Assembly (NCBI GenBank): GCA_050273025.1
Contig: CP158635.1
Span: 14,074,001-14,138,000, forward strand
Direction of reading: 5' to 3'
Source of the DNA: Cenococcum geophilum
Lineage: Eukaryota
DNA length: 64,000 nucleotides
Shown here one piece after another: positions 41,001 through 54,499 of the stretch. The translations under genes were made by a program, and so were the position numbers. Every line of letters begins with the position of its first letter. Within the stretch, counting starts at the first letter, position 1. The notes under the pieces were generated by a model, which did not search any database, had not been told where the DNA came from, and saw only the letters and a list, made by a program, of their open reading frames with translations.

Positions 41001-43755
41001 AAATAACAAACTTAAGTATTAAGTTTATATTTAAAAGGTCCTAGAAAGACTATAAAACGCAGGCTTATAAGTTAATATTAAGAAATACGAGTTTAGGGTA
41101 AAACGTATAAAATACCTTAGGTTTATTATAACTATAAAAGAAATTAAGGTTAACCCTAAAAAGGTAAAGGCAATTTATAACTAGAAGCCCCCTTATATAG
41201 TAAAAGGAATTAAATTTTTCCTTAGTTTTTATAACTTCTACTACTAGTTTATCTATAACTACGGAATTATAGCAAAACCTCTTATATAACTAACCAGGAA
41301 GGATACGCCTTTTACCTTTAATAATAGCTATATAAAAGCCTTTAAAGAGATAAAGAATTAGCTTATCTCTTTTTTAATCCTTTATTACTATAACCTAGAC
41401 CTTAAATTAATGCTAAAAATAAATGCCTTTAATAGAGTTATAGCGGGAATCCTATTATAGTTATATCTAGACGGTAAATAGTACCCTATAGCTTTTTTCT
41501 TAAAGATAATAGACCTAGCTAAGTATAACTATAAAGTATATTATAAAGAAATACTAGCTATTATTTAATTACTCTCCTAATAGTGCGTAGAGCTTAAAGG
41601 TATAAACTCCCGAATTAAGATATATATAGATTACAAAGCCCTAGAGTACTTTATAACTATAAAGTAGCTTACTAAATAATAAGCCTAGTAGGCTAAAATA
41701 CTCTCTTAATTCTTCTTTATAATTATATATTATTTTAGTAAGTAAAACTTTAAGGCTAATACTCTAACCTAAAGAGAATAAGATATAGGACTTTAGAATA
41801 AGCTAAAGACCTAATATTAGACGCGCGCCTTTCTCTATTAAAAATAGCTTAACCTATAGATTTTTAAGGAGCTAAACTCCTATTAAAACGAGCTAGCATT
41901 AATAGAGGAGTCCTTAAATAAGCTAATAGGGCTAATTAACTACCTCTTAACTGTAAACCGTATAGCTAATGCCTTAAGGGCCCTCTATAAATAAGCTGTA
42001 AAAGAAAACCCCAATTTTAAAATAGAGGAAGGATTGCTCTTATATTAGGAGCGGCTTATAGTCCCTAATATTAATAATTTGTAGACTAAACTAATCTGTG
42101 AAGCTTATTATTAAGTCTCTATAATATACCCTAGCAAGAATAAGACCTATAAAATTATTAACTACCGCTACTACTAGCCAAGAATAGTTTTAGATATTAA
42201 TTAATATATATAAAACTGCGAAAACTGCTAAAGAGCTATAATTCTATAGGATAAGACCCTAGGACTACTTAAGCTACTTTTAATACTAGAGCGCCCTTAG
42301 TAGTATATTTTTTATAGACTTTTATAAACTACTTAAGGACTATAATGGATATAATATAGTTATAGTTATAGTTAACCGCTTTAGTAAACGCCCATTTTTA
42401 ATTCCCTATTATAAAAATATTAATACTAAAGAGGCAGCCCGGCTATATATTTATTACGTTTACTAAATCTATAAACTACTAGATACCATTATATCTAATT
42501 ATAGGCTATAGTTTATATTAGCTTTTTAAAATAAGTTTACCTAAATTTTAGGTATTAAGCTAAAGCTTTTTACGGCTTATTACCCCTAGACAGACAGTTA
42601 GATAGAGATTATAAATTAGTACCTAGACTAGAGGCTTAGGCCCTTTATTAACTATTTTTAGGATAATTAGTCTAAACTACTACCCTTAATAGACTACGCG
42701 CAAGTAACCCTACCCTATAACTTTATAGGGTTGGCTCCAATTTAGCTAGAAATAGGATATTTACCCTATATAAGCTTTAACTAGAAAAGGCTATAAGAAC
42801 CCTAAACTATATAAGAGAAACTATCCTATACTAAGGCCTAATAGTACGCTAAACAATTAGAGGAAGTTTAGATAGTAGCTCGCAAGAACCTAGAAAAAGC
42901 TTAGAGGTTAATAAAATAGTAGGCAAACAAATACCGTTAAGAGCCTAATTTTGCCCCTAGCGATATAGTCTAGGTTATAATAAGGAATTAGAAAACTAAA
43001 CGACCTAGCCATAAGCTAGACTATTAGATAGTAGGACCATATAAGGTTCTTAAAAAAATAGGCAACTTATATAAAATAAAGCTCCCAGGTTTAATTAGAG
43101 TTTACCCTATCTTTTTATTAAATAAGTTACGGAAAGCTATAAACAACTTATTGCCTAGATAAAAGAATAAGCCTCTTTTACTAGTTTAAGTAAACGGTAA
43201 TAATAAATGGGAGGTTAATAAAATACTAGCCTATAAGATAGTATAGAGCACGCTAAAATACCGTATCTAATAAAAGGGCTATAATTCTTACCTAACCTAG
43301 TACCCTACGTAGAACTTTATAGGCTGCCCCTAAAAGTTTAAAGAATTCTATAACTAATACCCTACTATGCCTAGACCCCTAAAGTACCTAGACAAATAAA
43401 TAGAATGCTAATATAATAAAGATAATAGGTTACTAGAAGAATATAGGGATAAAAACGCCCTAAAGCCCTAATACAGCTATCTGCCAAATTCTACCGTTTT
43501 TCTACTAGTACCGTAAAATTTTAGATATCCAGGAACTTTAACCACCGGTTAAAGTTATCTAATTAGTTAGATCCGCGCCAAAACTTTTAGCGGCTACTCT
43601 TTTTAGCCTATAATCGCCCTTTATACTTAGTCTAGACGTATTTATATCCCCTTTATCTCCTTATTTTATATTTTATAATCCTATGTTTATAAGCCTAGTA
43701 CTTCCCTATTTTTAACTAAGCCTAAGGGTAGGCTTTCTCTTAAAGAAGGGGGTAA

Positions 43756-43966
43756 TATAACGGCGCTATTGTATATTACCTGCCAAATTCTGCCAAATTC
43801 TGCTAATCTATAATTAGCCCGCCTAAAGCTAGCGCCTTAACAGCTTACCCTATATATTTATTTACATCAGTTCTAGCAACCCCTTTTTCCTTCTCTTTAG
43901 CTTAGTATCTTTGTAATATAGCATTCTACAAGCTTCGGTTTAGAGGTATTTATATAAGCCATAACA
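43756..43966 (+). repeat. G2 3' LTR
   Basis: TATAACGGCG...CCATAACA. Confidence 0.9.
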
Positions 43967-44030
43967 CCTTTACGGCAGGCGTTTTCTTAGGTAAAGGCTA
44001 GGTCACGGGCCCGGATATCCTACTAGTAAG

Positions 44031-44400
44031 TGTCACGGAGTGAGCACAAGCGGTGATAATATATAGCGAAGTAGGTATTATTAAGCTATGTACATAAACT
44101 GCGTGATAAAGTCAAGACGTTGCGTAAGGAAAGAAGGTAGGGAAACGGGAAGAAAGGGCATATATCGTTGACTTGGTTGCTTGGTCAACACGTACATAAG
44201 CAAAATAGGGTTCAGGTCGTGGTCCTGGCAGAACTTAGCAGAATTCGGTAGAACTTGGCAGAATATAGCAGAATGCCATAGATTGCCGTTAGATTGCCAT
44301 TAGATTGCCGTTAAATTACTATTTCGCGGTTAGTCTCTAATTACTAAGTCGGTGGAAACAGGTAGACGTGTATAAGGTGTTACGGGGGTGTCCCATAACA
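44031..44400 (-). repeat. E2 3' LTR with internal 10- and 11-bp tandem repeats
   Basis: TGTCACGG...CATAACA; (GAACTTGGCA)n and (AGATTGCCGTT)n; PPT complement GTACCCCCCC at 44401. Confidence 0.93.
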
Positions 44401-45311
44401 GTACCCCCCCTTTAAACTCGAGCTTCTGCGAGATGGGGCTGTAGTAGTTCTAGGTAAAGTTTGTAAAAGTCTTCTGCGGCTTATATAAGTCCTATAGAGT
44501 TAACAGGTTCCTATAAGGACTTAGTAAAGCCTCTCCATTTCATAAGATATATATATTGGCGTTTCCGTTTATTATACTTAATATCGTTAATTCTTTCAAC
44601 AAAGTACTCGTTCTCACCATCCACTTTAACTGGTAGGGGAGGGTCTTATATCTGTCTAGGTAGGGCGTCTAATACGGGGGCAGTAGGGCGGAGGACTGAC
44701 GTATAGAATACGGGGTGGATTTTAACCGTATCGGGGAGCTTCAATCGGTAGGCATAAGGAGAGATAACCTTTTCAACCTTATAAGGGCCAGCGTTCTTCC
44801 AATTAAGTTTCTTAGTAGGTCATTTCATATTTAGATTTCTTATATCTAGCCAGATAAAATCACCAATTTAGTAGGCCGGTGCTAGGGTTCGTTTCTTATT
44901 CGCTGCGGCTTTATAGACAGATTAAGCCCATATTATCTCATTGGTAAGAAACTGTTGTAGTTCCTCTATCTTCTTTACGAATTTATTTGCTTCTGCGACT
45001 TATAAGGCGTAATAAGCGGGGTAAGGAACATTACTAAAGGGTTTAAAACCCATTCGTAGGTGCTAGCCGTAATTGGCCAAAAACGGGGAGACTTTTATAG
45101 TTTCCGAGACGGAGTTATTTACAGTAAACTCGGCAAATGCGAGCCAGTTAATCTAGTCATCCTATAAATACGATATATATATCCGAATATACTATTCCAT
45201 TATAGCATTTACGCGTTCCGTTTAGCTATCCGTTTCTAGGTAATATATAGTAGACAACAGTGCTTTAATATAAAGTCGAGTAGTTAGTTCTTTCTAGAAT
45301 GCTAAGATAAA

Positions 45312-45635
45312 CTAGCTACCTCTATCAGAGATAATTGTTTCGGGGAGTCCGTGGAGTTTCCATATATAATCTAGGAATAGTCGGGCGACGGCAGGCGTTG
45401 ATATATTGGGGCAGGCAATCAAGTATCTTATTTTAGATAGTCGGTCTACAACTACCATAATATTCGTGCAGCCTCTACTCTTAGGAAGGTCAACAACAAA
45501 GTTAATTAAGATATCCCTCCATCTTTGGTCCGGAACAGGCAGCGGCTTCAAAAGACCGTTATACATCTCATGCGAGGCTTTAGCTCGTCGGCAGGTATAG
45601 CAGCTAGAGACGTACCTTCGTGTCGTGTTATACAT
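45312..45635 (-). pseudogene. Retrotransposon integrase fragment (E2)
   Basis: End of the H2C2 finger plus start of the rve core; flanked by RIP stops. Confidence 0.9.
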
Positions 45636-48600
45636 GTTCGGCTAATAATACTCCCGTTAGAGTAGTTCCAGGGTCTTTTTTTAGCCTAGGTGGCCGGTGA
45701 CAGGTAGATCGTGTATATGTTCAAGGAGTTTAAGCTTAAGCTCATTATAATTAGGGATAACTAGACGGTTCTAGTAATATAAGCAGTTTCCGCGGGCTTC
45801 GCATTTACTTAAAGAAATCTTTTTAGAGCGTCTAATACCATCTTATATTAGCTTAAGCGTCTCTTAGATAAACTTATTATTTAGGTATTTGTTAACTATA
45901 ATCTATTTAATTAATTAATTAGTTATTTCAAGGACGTATACTATAAGATCTTCAGTAGGAGGGTTAAATAGTTTAGGGCGAAGCAGGGTCTAATTTCGGT
46001 AAGAGCGCGCTTCTTCTAAGGCTGGCGCGTCTTGCAAGCATTAGGTTAGAGCATTAGGCTTCTAACCTTAGACGCCTAGGCGGTATATAATTAAGAATTG
46101 GAAACAAGACAGATATTCTAACCAGCAGGCCTAATGGTAACTTAGCTGTTTCGTAGTCGTAAAGTACTATAGGTTCTTATAGTCGCTAAGGACCTTAATT
46201 AGAAATCCAGCGCCTTCTAGTTTGGGTCGCTATTATTTAAAACATCTAATAATAGCTAACAATTCCTTATTGTAGATCTCGTAGTTACATTCGGCTAGGC
46301 TTAGTTATTTTAAGAAGTATACTACAGGGTGTAATACTCTATCCTCGTTATATTAAAACAGGATACCTCCAGTAACGTAGTTAGATAAGTCGGCTTTTAT
46401 AACACTCATTCAGTTTGGGTTAAAGTATTAGAGCACGGGCGCAGTAGTAAATATAACCTTTAGATAGGCAAAGGCCTTCTTACATTCCTTATTAAAGATA
46501 AAGACTTTATCCTTTTAGGTTAGAGCTATAAGGGGTAAAACTAGGGCGGAGAAGTTATTAATAAACTGTTAGTAGAAATTAGCAAATCCTATAAAGGCTC
46601 TTACATCCTTAACGTTCTCGGGTTCTTACCAGTTTATAATTACTTTAACTTTCTTTGGGTCCATTTATATACCGTTTATAAAAATAAGGAGTCCAAGGTA
46701 TAGGACTTCCGTTTTATAGAACTCGCATTTATCTACATCTAATTATAGACTAGCTCTGTATAGGGCTTATAAAACAAGGTCAACGTATTTCCGATATTCG
46801 GTCAGGTTATTACTATATATTAAAATATCGTTGATATAAGCAATATAGAAGATGTCCAGGTAGGGGCGCAGGGTGTTATTTATATAATGTTAAAACGAGC
46901 TCGGAGCGTTTACAAGGCCAAATGGCATCACTAAGTATTCAAATAGTCCATACCGAGTATAAAATACAGTAAGCCATTTATCTCCTTTTGCTATACGGAG
47001 GCGGTTAAATGCAGAGATAATATTAAGCTTCGTATAGTAGCGAGCCTTACTTAGTCGGTTTAGTATCTCCTATATTAACGGGATCGGATATCAGTTCTTA
47101 ATAGTAACGGCGTTAAGAGCTCGGTAGTCTACACAGAAGCGTAAACCGCCGCCGGGTTTCTTAACAAAGATCACTAGTGCGGCTACAGGCGATAAGCTTG
47201 CTCTAATAAATCCTTTACTCAAGTTCTCATCTAAATACTTTTATAGTACTTAAAGTTCGTTTTAGGACATCCCGTATAAGGGTCTAAATCCAGGCTGCTT
47301 TCCTTCTTCAAGTACAATCTTATGGTCGTACAATCGGTGTTCCGGTAGCTTATCGGCTTCCTTCCATAAAAATGCCTTTAGGCGGTTATAGTACTCTACT
47401 AATACCTTCGTAGTAGGGTCAGTGTACTTCTTCGGTACTAAGGCCTTCTCAATATCAGCCATAGTGACAGCAAAGATCGTATATTCAGGTTTCTTAGCAA
47501 GTTACGCTAACAAAGTAGCTCCAATCATGCGGATATCCAGGGTACCGAGCTCGCTCGGATTGTCCATAGTTTCTTATTCGGGTTCAGGTTCGGTATCAGG
47601 TACGGAGTTAGTATCAGATTCGGGTTCGGGTTCTTCAAGAATCCTTTTCATAGTTGGATACCAGTCCTTCTAATATCTTCATATAGTAAGCTTAAGCTTC
47701 TGCCTGTCTTTAGGCAGTACAGTACTTAGGGCCAATTCGTGAAGTTCGGTGGAATTCCCGGATCCTTAATAGATATCAGTGGAAATCTTACACTAGTGGA
47801 ATTCGGTGGAATTCCTAGGTTGGTGGAATCTAGTAAATTCCTTAGGCGCGGGGTAAACATTAGTAGAAATCTTAGGCTAGTAGATCTTAGCGGATTCCCT
47901 AGATTTCAGTTTAGGGTCAAGGCAGTGCGTTATATAACACTTCTGCTTACAACGGGAGGCGGTAAATAGAAGCTTAAGGTTGTCCCAATTAATAGTTACC
48001 TTATATAGCTTCATCCAGGGTTATCCAAGGATCACTAGGTAACCTAGGGTAGTAACGAAAAGCTTAATCAGTTCTTCGTGGTTCAGATATCGGAGTCTCA
48101 GGGCTACCACGTAGGTAATACGGCCTAAGACGGTACGTTTACCATTAAATCCAAATACGTTAATATGCCGGTTAAGGGGGGTTAAGGTAAAACCATTATC
48201 TTACGCAAAGATCTTATTAATAAATCCTATGCCGCTAGCTCCTGTATCAATTAGGATTCGAGCGTTAGCCTTTTAACTATTCTGCCAAAGGCGGCAGTTA
48301 ATAGTTATACTACGGTCCCAAGAGTTAGAGTTTGTGACATTAAATGCGTTTAACAAGATCCTATAGCAGAGCCGTCCTGGAGAGCGACTTAGCTCCGGGA
48401 CCTTCCTTTTAGAGGCAATCGGGGCGGGGTTCTTATAGGACATTAGTTGGAGCTTCGTCCCCATAAGTAGTGCTTACTAAACGTAGGGGTAGAACTAGAT
48501 AAAGATCGGGGACGGTAACCGGAAGATTAATGTAGTAAACGGCTGCCAGTGCTAGCCGTTTATAAATCGTTTTAGGGCATAGGGACGGAGCAGTAGTTTA

Positions 48601-49630
48601 AGAGGTAGAAGCTACTTCCACATTTAAAGTAGAGGCCTAGCTTAATGCATCGTTCTTATTTAGAGGACCCTAATAGGGTATATCCTAGGGTCCCAGTGTT
48701 AATATCCATGGCGTTAGGGTGCTTGGGTTAAGACAATAACTTAGTAGACGTTCGCGGGGTTATTATATTATACCAATAAACGGGCTTCAGTATAAGGCGT
48801 AGTATATCATTATACCGTTTATTAATAACATTTACACAGGCGTTAAGAGTTTCCGGAAGGTCTACGCCTATTAGGGAGGTTTTTAGTTTAGGGCTTAAGG
48901 ACTTAACGAGGCTGTTAATTAGTGCGGAGTCATTCCAGCCTATTTCCTTTGCGTAGCGGTTAAATTCGGAGAAGTATACTAGGAAACTTTTCTTTTCTTA
49001 AGTTATTTAGTTTATCTTTCTTTAAGCGGTAGCTTGGCGGTTCGGGTTACCGTACATAGCTTCAAGAAGTATAACTAGGCTTTATACTAAGTTTAGTTAG
49101 AAAGGTTTAATAAGGTTAGCTGCGTCTCCTCCTAGTCGACTTAGGGCGTAATAGAGTCGGTTAGCTTTAGTTAGGTAGCGGTTAGTATTACCGGTTAGCT
49201 TATTTTTAAGCCGGCTTAAAAATAACCAAAGCTCTCGTTGTTTACCGGTAAATACTAGGGGGTCTAGTAGTTTCTCAGATCGTTTCAGTGCAGTAGTCGG
49301 CTTTATAGGGTAAGTAACTACTACTAATTCGGGGCTTGCGTTCCGCGTATTCATTTCCGGAGATAGCGTTCGGTCTTAGGGCCTTAATATAGGCATCTTA
49401 AGGATACGGACTTCTTCTTAAAGTGCTTCAATCAATTATTATTATCGTGCTTCTTATTCGGCTTACTATTAAGTTAAAGTGGCTTAGTGCTATGCAAGGG
49501 CGTCCGTAAAGGACTTCTATATACCTGCTAATTGTTCTTAAAGTGCAGCCATAATAGCGTCGGCCGTTGTAGGGGCTTCAGGGTCGTTCTGCATTTTCGG
49601 AGGGTAGTGTAAGTTTTTAACGCAACGTAG

Positions 49631-50000
49631 TGTTACGGAGTAAGCACAAGCGGTAATAATATATAGCGAAGTAGGTATTATTAAGCTATATACATAAACT
49701 ACGTAATAAAGTTAAGACGTTGCGTAAGGAAAGAAGGTAGGGAAATGGGAAGAAAGGGCATATATCGTTAACTTAGTTGCTTGGTTAACACGTGCATAGG
49801 CAAAATAGGGTTTAGGTCGTAGTCCTAGCAGAACTTGGCAGAATTCAGTAGAACTTGGCAGAATATGGCAGAATGCCGTAAATTGCCATTAGATTGCCAT
49901 CAGATTGCCGTTAGATTGCTATTTCACGGTTAGTCTCTAATTGCTAAGTCGGTGGAAACAAGTGGACGTGTGCAAGGTATTACGGGGGTGTCCCGTAACA
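49631..50000 (-). repeat. E2 5' LTR
   Basis: Matches 44031-44400 with transition-type differences. Confidence 0.93.
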
Positions 50001-51911
50001 GTAAGTAAGGTTAGCCCTTACAGCTAGTGTCTTATAGTTAGTTTAGATCTCCCTAATAAAGGAGGGCAACCTTAGTCTATCCTCTGGCTAGATAAACTGT
50101 CTTTATTATATATTTAACCAAATATTAAAATAGGACATTAATTTTTATCTAAGGATTATATTATAAGACCCTAGGTTTAGGATATAAAAGGGGATACTAT
50201 ATTAGCGTTATCCATTAAAAGCGATATATAACTTTAAGACATAGGTAATGGGCCGACCGGCTTAGCTATTATAGCCTTTTACCTAAATAGGCTTCTCTAG
50301 TTAAATAGCTTCTGCATTTAGAGACTTAGTAACATTATTTATATAGGCAGTATTTATAAAGGCGAAGCTATTTACTTTAGTGTTAATAAGGGCGGTTATA
50401 TTAACTCTATATCTATTTTAAGATACTATATATAAAACTATAAAATACTTTCCACCTATTAACTAACTAAGATTAATCTCTTTAAGATTAATAGGGTACC
50501 CTAGAGGGAAGTCTTTCCCTAGGGTTCTTCTTTTTCCCAACTTATTAGACGTTTCTTCTTTCTTTATTTCCTTAATATCGCCTATATCCTTTAGCCCTAG
50601 GCAAGATAAGGTAAAGTAACCCTACTTATTATAGTTATAGCATATAGCTAAGGTAGGGTTAATTGGAGTATTACGGCGAATACTAGTTAATAGCGTAGTA
50701 CGTAGCTAGTTAGGCGTCGCTCGCTAGTATATAGGTATAACCGCTTTTAGTATAAGAGTAGTTATAACTTATCTTCCTACTTTAGCTCCTATAGGTATAG
50801 CTAGCGAGTTCTAATTACTATAGGGTTACTTCTACTAATTAAAATAGGCTTTAATCCGCTTTAGTTCTAAGTCTAATAATAGGCAATAAGCTATAAGTCT
50901 GTCGTAAGTTAGTAGGTTATCTAAGGTTATAGTGATCTTCTCTTATAGCTAAATTATTAGCTTATTATATATGTCTAATTAGTAGTTCTTAAGGGGAACC
51001 TAGCCTTCTCTTATAAGGTATAGGAATTAAGTTTAAAATTTAGTAAAGGGTTAGTTTGGTTTTATTATTAGGCAATTATAGTTATACTAGGCGTCCCGTA
51101 CTTTATTTAGGTTAACATAAATAGCCGCTAGGTGCTATATTATCTTATTAACAGATATAAATTAAATAGAGAAATTATCCTTAAACTTAGCTTAGAGGTG
51201 CTGTTAGGCATCCCTAGTAATTTAACTAAAGAGGTAGAGTATTTTAGCTTCTTTAGAAAGGAAATAGTTATAGTTAACGCGGAGCTTTCCTTATACTTAA
51301 ATCCTCTAATTCTTAAAGGTAGGGTCTATCCTATTAAATAGTAGTAGGGGGTTAAAGACCTTAACGGACTTTAATTACTTTATTATTATATCTATACTCC
51401 CTAGTATATTATATTTAGTATAGTAAATAGGTTAGCTAGGGCTTTAAGAAGGGAAAGCTAGGCTATTTTATAGGGCCATAAGGCTTTCTAGGATCTCTTA
51501 TAGGGTCTCTTATATATTTCTTGCTTTAAGATAATCGGCTTCTTAGCTGGCTATAAGGGCGCAAATCTACTTACGTACATCTATAACGTTATTATTATCT
51601 TTAATTTCTAATCTTAATTAGATCTTAGGTTCCTCTTAGGTAGAGATAGCTCTCTTAAATAAGCTTGCTTTAGGTGCCATTATTAGCTTCCTAAGGTTTA
51701 TCGGTATTATACGCTTTAGTTTTAATTCTAGGGGTATAGGTCTAGTCATATCTAGCTTATAAGGTGGGATATTATCTAGGCCTTCCCAGGCAATATAGAG
51801 TTATTTTAGTGTCTAAGTATAGCGCGTTAACGCGTTGTTATAAACGAAGTTTCTTTTAGGATAGGATATTATTAAGGCCTTCCCAGGTAGAGTAGGGTAA
51901 GCTTAGTATAA

Positions 51912-52121
51912 TATCACGGCTTATATAAATGCCTCTAAACTAAAGCTTATAGAATACTGTATTACAAAGATACTAAGCTAAAGAGAAGGAAAAGGGGTTG
52001 CTAGGGCCGGTGTAAACAAATATATAGGGTGAGCCGCTAAGGCGCTAGCTTTGGGCGGGCCAATTATAGGTTAGCAGAATTTAGCAGAATTTAGCAGGTA
52101 ATATGCAATAGCGCCGTTACA
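51912..52121 (-). repeat. G1 5' LTR
   Basis: TATCACGGC...GCGCCGTTACA. Confidence 0.9.
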
Positions 52122-54499
52122 GCTAACTACTAAATTTAAATAAATAGGAAGGGACCTTTTATAGATCTAATATAAGGGAAAAGTCTATTATAGACCTAGC
52201 CTTTTACTTAGGAAACTTTTAAGAAAATACCTAGGATAATTAGACTATAATAGAAGATATAAGATCTGATTACAAGACTATAGCATTCTCTCTATTTACT
52301 AGAGAGACGTAAAGATACCTAAACCCTCTTTAAGAAACTCCTTTCTCTATAAAAAAAGGCAAACTGGGAGATTTTCTCTACTTCTTTAAAAGAGCAAGTT
52401 TTAGAGCTAGAACTAGAAGTAAAACTTTTAGTACTAAAGGAACTAGTAGGAGAAAACCCCTAGATAGAGATAGGAGAAAAAGGTCTCCTAGCCTCTTTAA
52501 AAGATTTATATAGACTTAGGGATAGAAGCTTAAGTATACTAGTAGATAATCTAGTAATAGATCTTACTAACTATATAAAGCTAGTAGTAGAGAAAGCTAT
52601 CCCTAGATCTAGAACTTGTAAATTATCTAAACTATAGTAGAATAAGGAGCTTCTAAAGAAAAGAAAAGAAAAATGGCAAAACTAGGAAGACTTTAAGAGG
52701 AATAGCCTACTAGAAGTTCTAGACTAGAAGCCTATAAAGAAACTAAAAATTAATACTTCTATATAATAAGAGAAGCTAAGACTAGCTGCTGGAATAGCTT
52801 CCTAGAAAAAGCATAAGGGAAGGAGGTCTTTACTGCCCTAAAATACACAAAGGAGAGAACATTGAGAATAATCCCTAGTCTACAGTATAGTAAGAATAGG
52901 ACTACTAGACTAGTATAAAGCTTTAAGGACTAGTGCAAAGCTTTTATAACTACTCTATTCCTAAAAACCCCCCCCCTTCTACTAGCTCTATAAAGTGGAA
53001 GGACTATATAATAGACAATAAATAGAAATAGCCAGAACTAGAGAAAATAGAGGTCAAATAAGCAATTTTCTCTAACTTTAATAAAAAGGCTCCAGGACTA
53101 GATGGGATATCTTTTATAATTTTATATAAAGCCTACCCTATTATAGAAGATCTTCTATATAGAATCTATAGGATTTTGTTTATTCTAGGCTATTAGCTAA
53201 AGATCTAGAGAGAAGCTTAAGGAGTTATTCTCCCTAAAGTAAATAAGGAGGACTATTCCTTACTAAAGGCCTATAGACCTATCTCCTTACTAAACTACCT
53301 AGGAAAGACTCTAGAAAAGATCTTTACTACTATATTAGAATATCTAGCTAGTACTACTAGCTTACTTTAAGACTCTTAATTAGGAGGAAGAAGACAGCAG
53401 TCCGTAATAGACGCAGTCTTACTACTTCTAAATAATATCCAATCTAAAAATAGTAGGAAAAAAGCTAGACAAAAGATAGCTACTACGTTATTCCTAGACG
53501 TAAAAGGGGCTTTTAACTATATCTTTAAAAACCAGCTTCTATCTATCTATAAGGAACTAGGACTACCTATAGCGATTATATAATAGGTAGCCACTTTCCT
53601 TATCAATAGAAAGCTACAGCTTTCCTTTAATGGGCAAATATAAGAAAAAGTTAAATTAGAAACAGGGATACTATAGGGATCGCCTATATCCCCTATTTTA
53701 TTTCTACTATATATACGCAATATCTATAGTATACAGACAGAAGGAGCCTATTCTCTTAGCTATATAGACAATTTTGCAATTATAGTTACTTTAAATTCTA
53801 CTAAGTCTAATTGCAAAAAGCTAGAGAGAATAGCGCTAGAGCTAATATCTAAAGCTAAAGAAGCTGCTATTAGTTTTAACGTTATCAAAATAGAGCTTAT
53901 ATACTTCTATAGTAAACGTACTACTATAGAAGAAGGGCTAAAGCTAGGAGACGTAGAAATATCCCCTAAACCCCTAGTTAGGTAGTTAGGGGTATTCCTA
54001 GACTCTAAGCTTACTTTTAAACAATATATAAAAATACAAATCTCTAAAACAATAGCAGCTTTCTATTTAATTAGAAGGCTAGGTAATATATAAAAAGGTC
54101 TATTTCTATAAGCCCTACAACAGCTCTATATAGCTTACGTTACTACTATAGCAGACTACGGAGTATAATGCTAGTGGAAAAGCAAATCTAGAGACTACCT
54201 ACTAGATAGGTACCAATCTCTATAAAATAAGGCCCTAAGACTAGTTCTAGGAGCTTTTAGAGGATCTCCTAGCTAAGCTATAGAGATTAAAGCCTCTATT
54301 CCTCCTCCTAGAATTAGATTAAAAAAGCTTTGCAATAACTACGTATTAAGAATCCTAAAATTTAAGGAAAACTACGTAATTAAGAAGGTTTGTATAGAAG
54401 AGATTAATAAAGATAGAAACGAATTAGCAGCTAGTTCTAGCTCTAGTTCTAGCCCTAAAAACTCTACTATAAAGTACCTTTTATAGCTAAAGATATAGC

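Larger units (their letters stand above)
37822..43966 (+). mobile_element. Gypsy family G copy G2, complete (~6.1 kb)
   Basis: TSD CCTTT at 37817-37821 and 43967-43971; LTRs 37822-38032 and 43756-43966; CCHC knuckle ~39299, ALINTRVNSFAFIN protease ~39543, YLDNILIY ~40975, chromodomain WEVNKIL ~43208; PPT AAAGAAGGGGG. Confidence 0.93.
44031..50000 (-). mobile_element. Gypsy family E copy E2, complete (5970 bp), least RIPed copy
   Basis: TSD GTAAG at 44026-44030 and 50001-50005; 370-bp LTRs; integrase fragment ORF 45312..45635 (C..CRRAK..LKPLPVP..VVVDRLSK..IISDRGS); gag fragment ORF 49097..49354. Confidence 0.95.
32683..52121 (-). mobile_element. Chromovirus-type Gypsy family G copy G1, complete, hosting S, G2 and E2
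   Basis: 5-bp TSD GCTAA at 32678-32682 and 52122-52126; 210-bp LTRs; gag-PR-RT-RH-IN-chromodomain on the minus strand. Confidence 0.93.
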
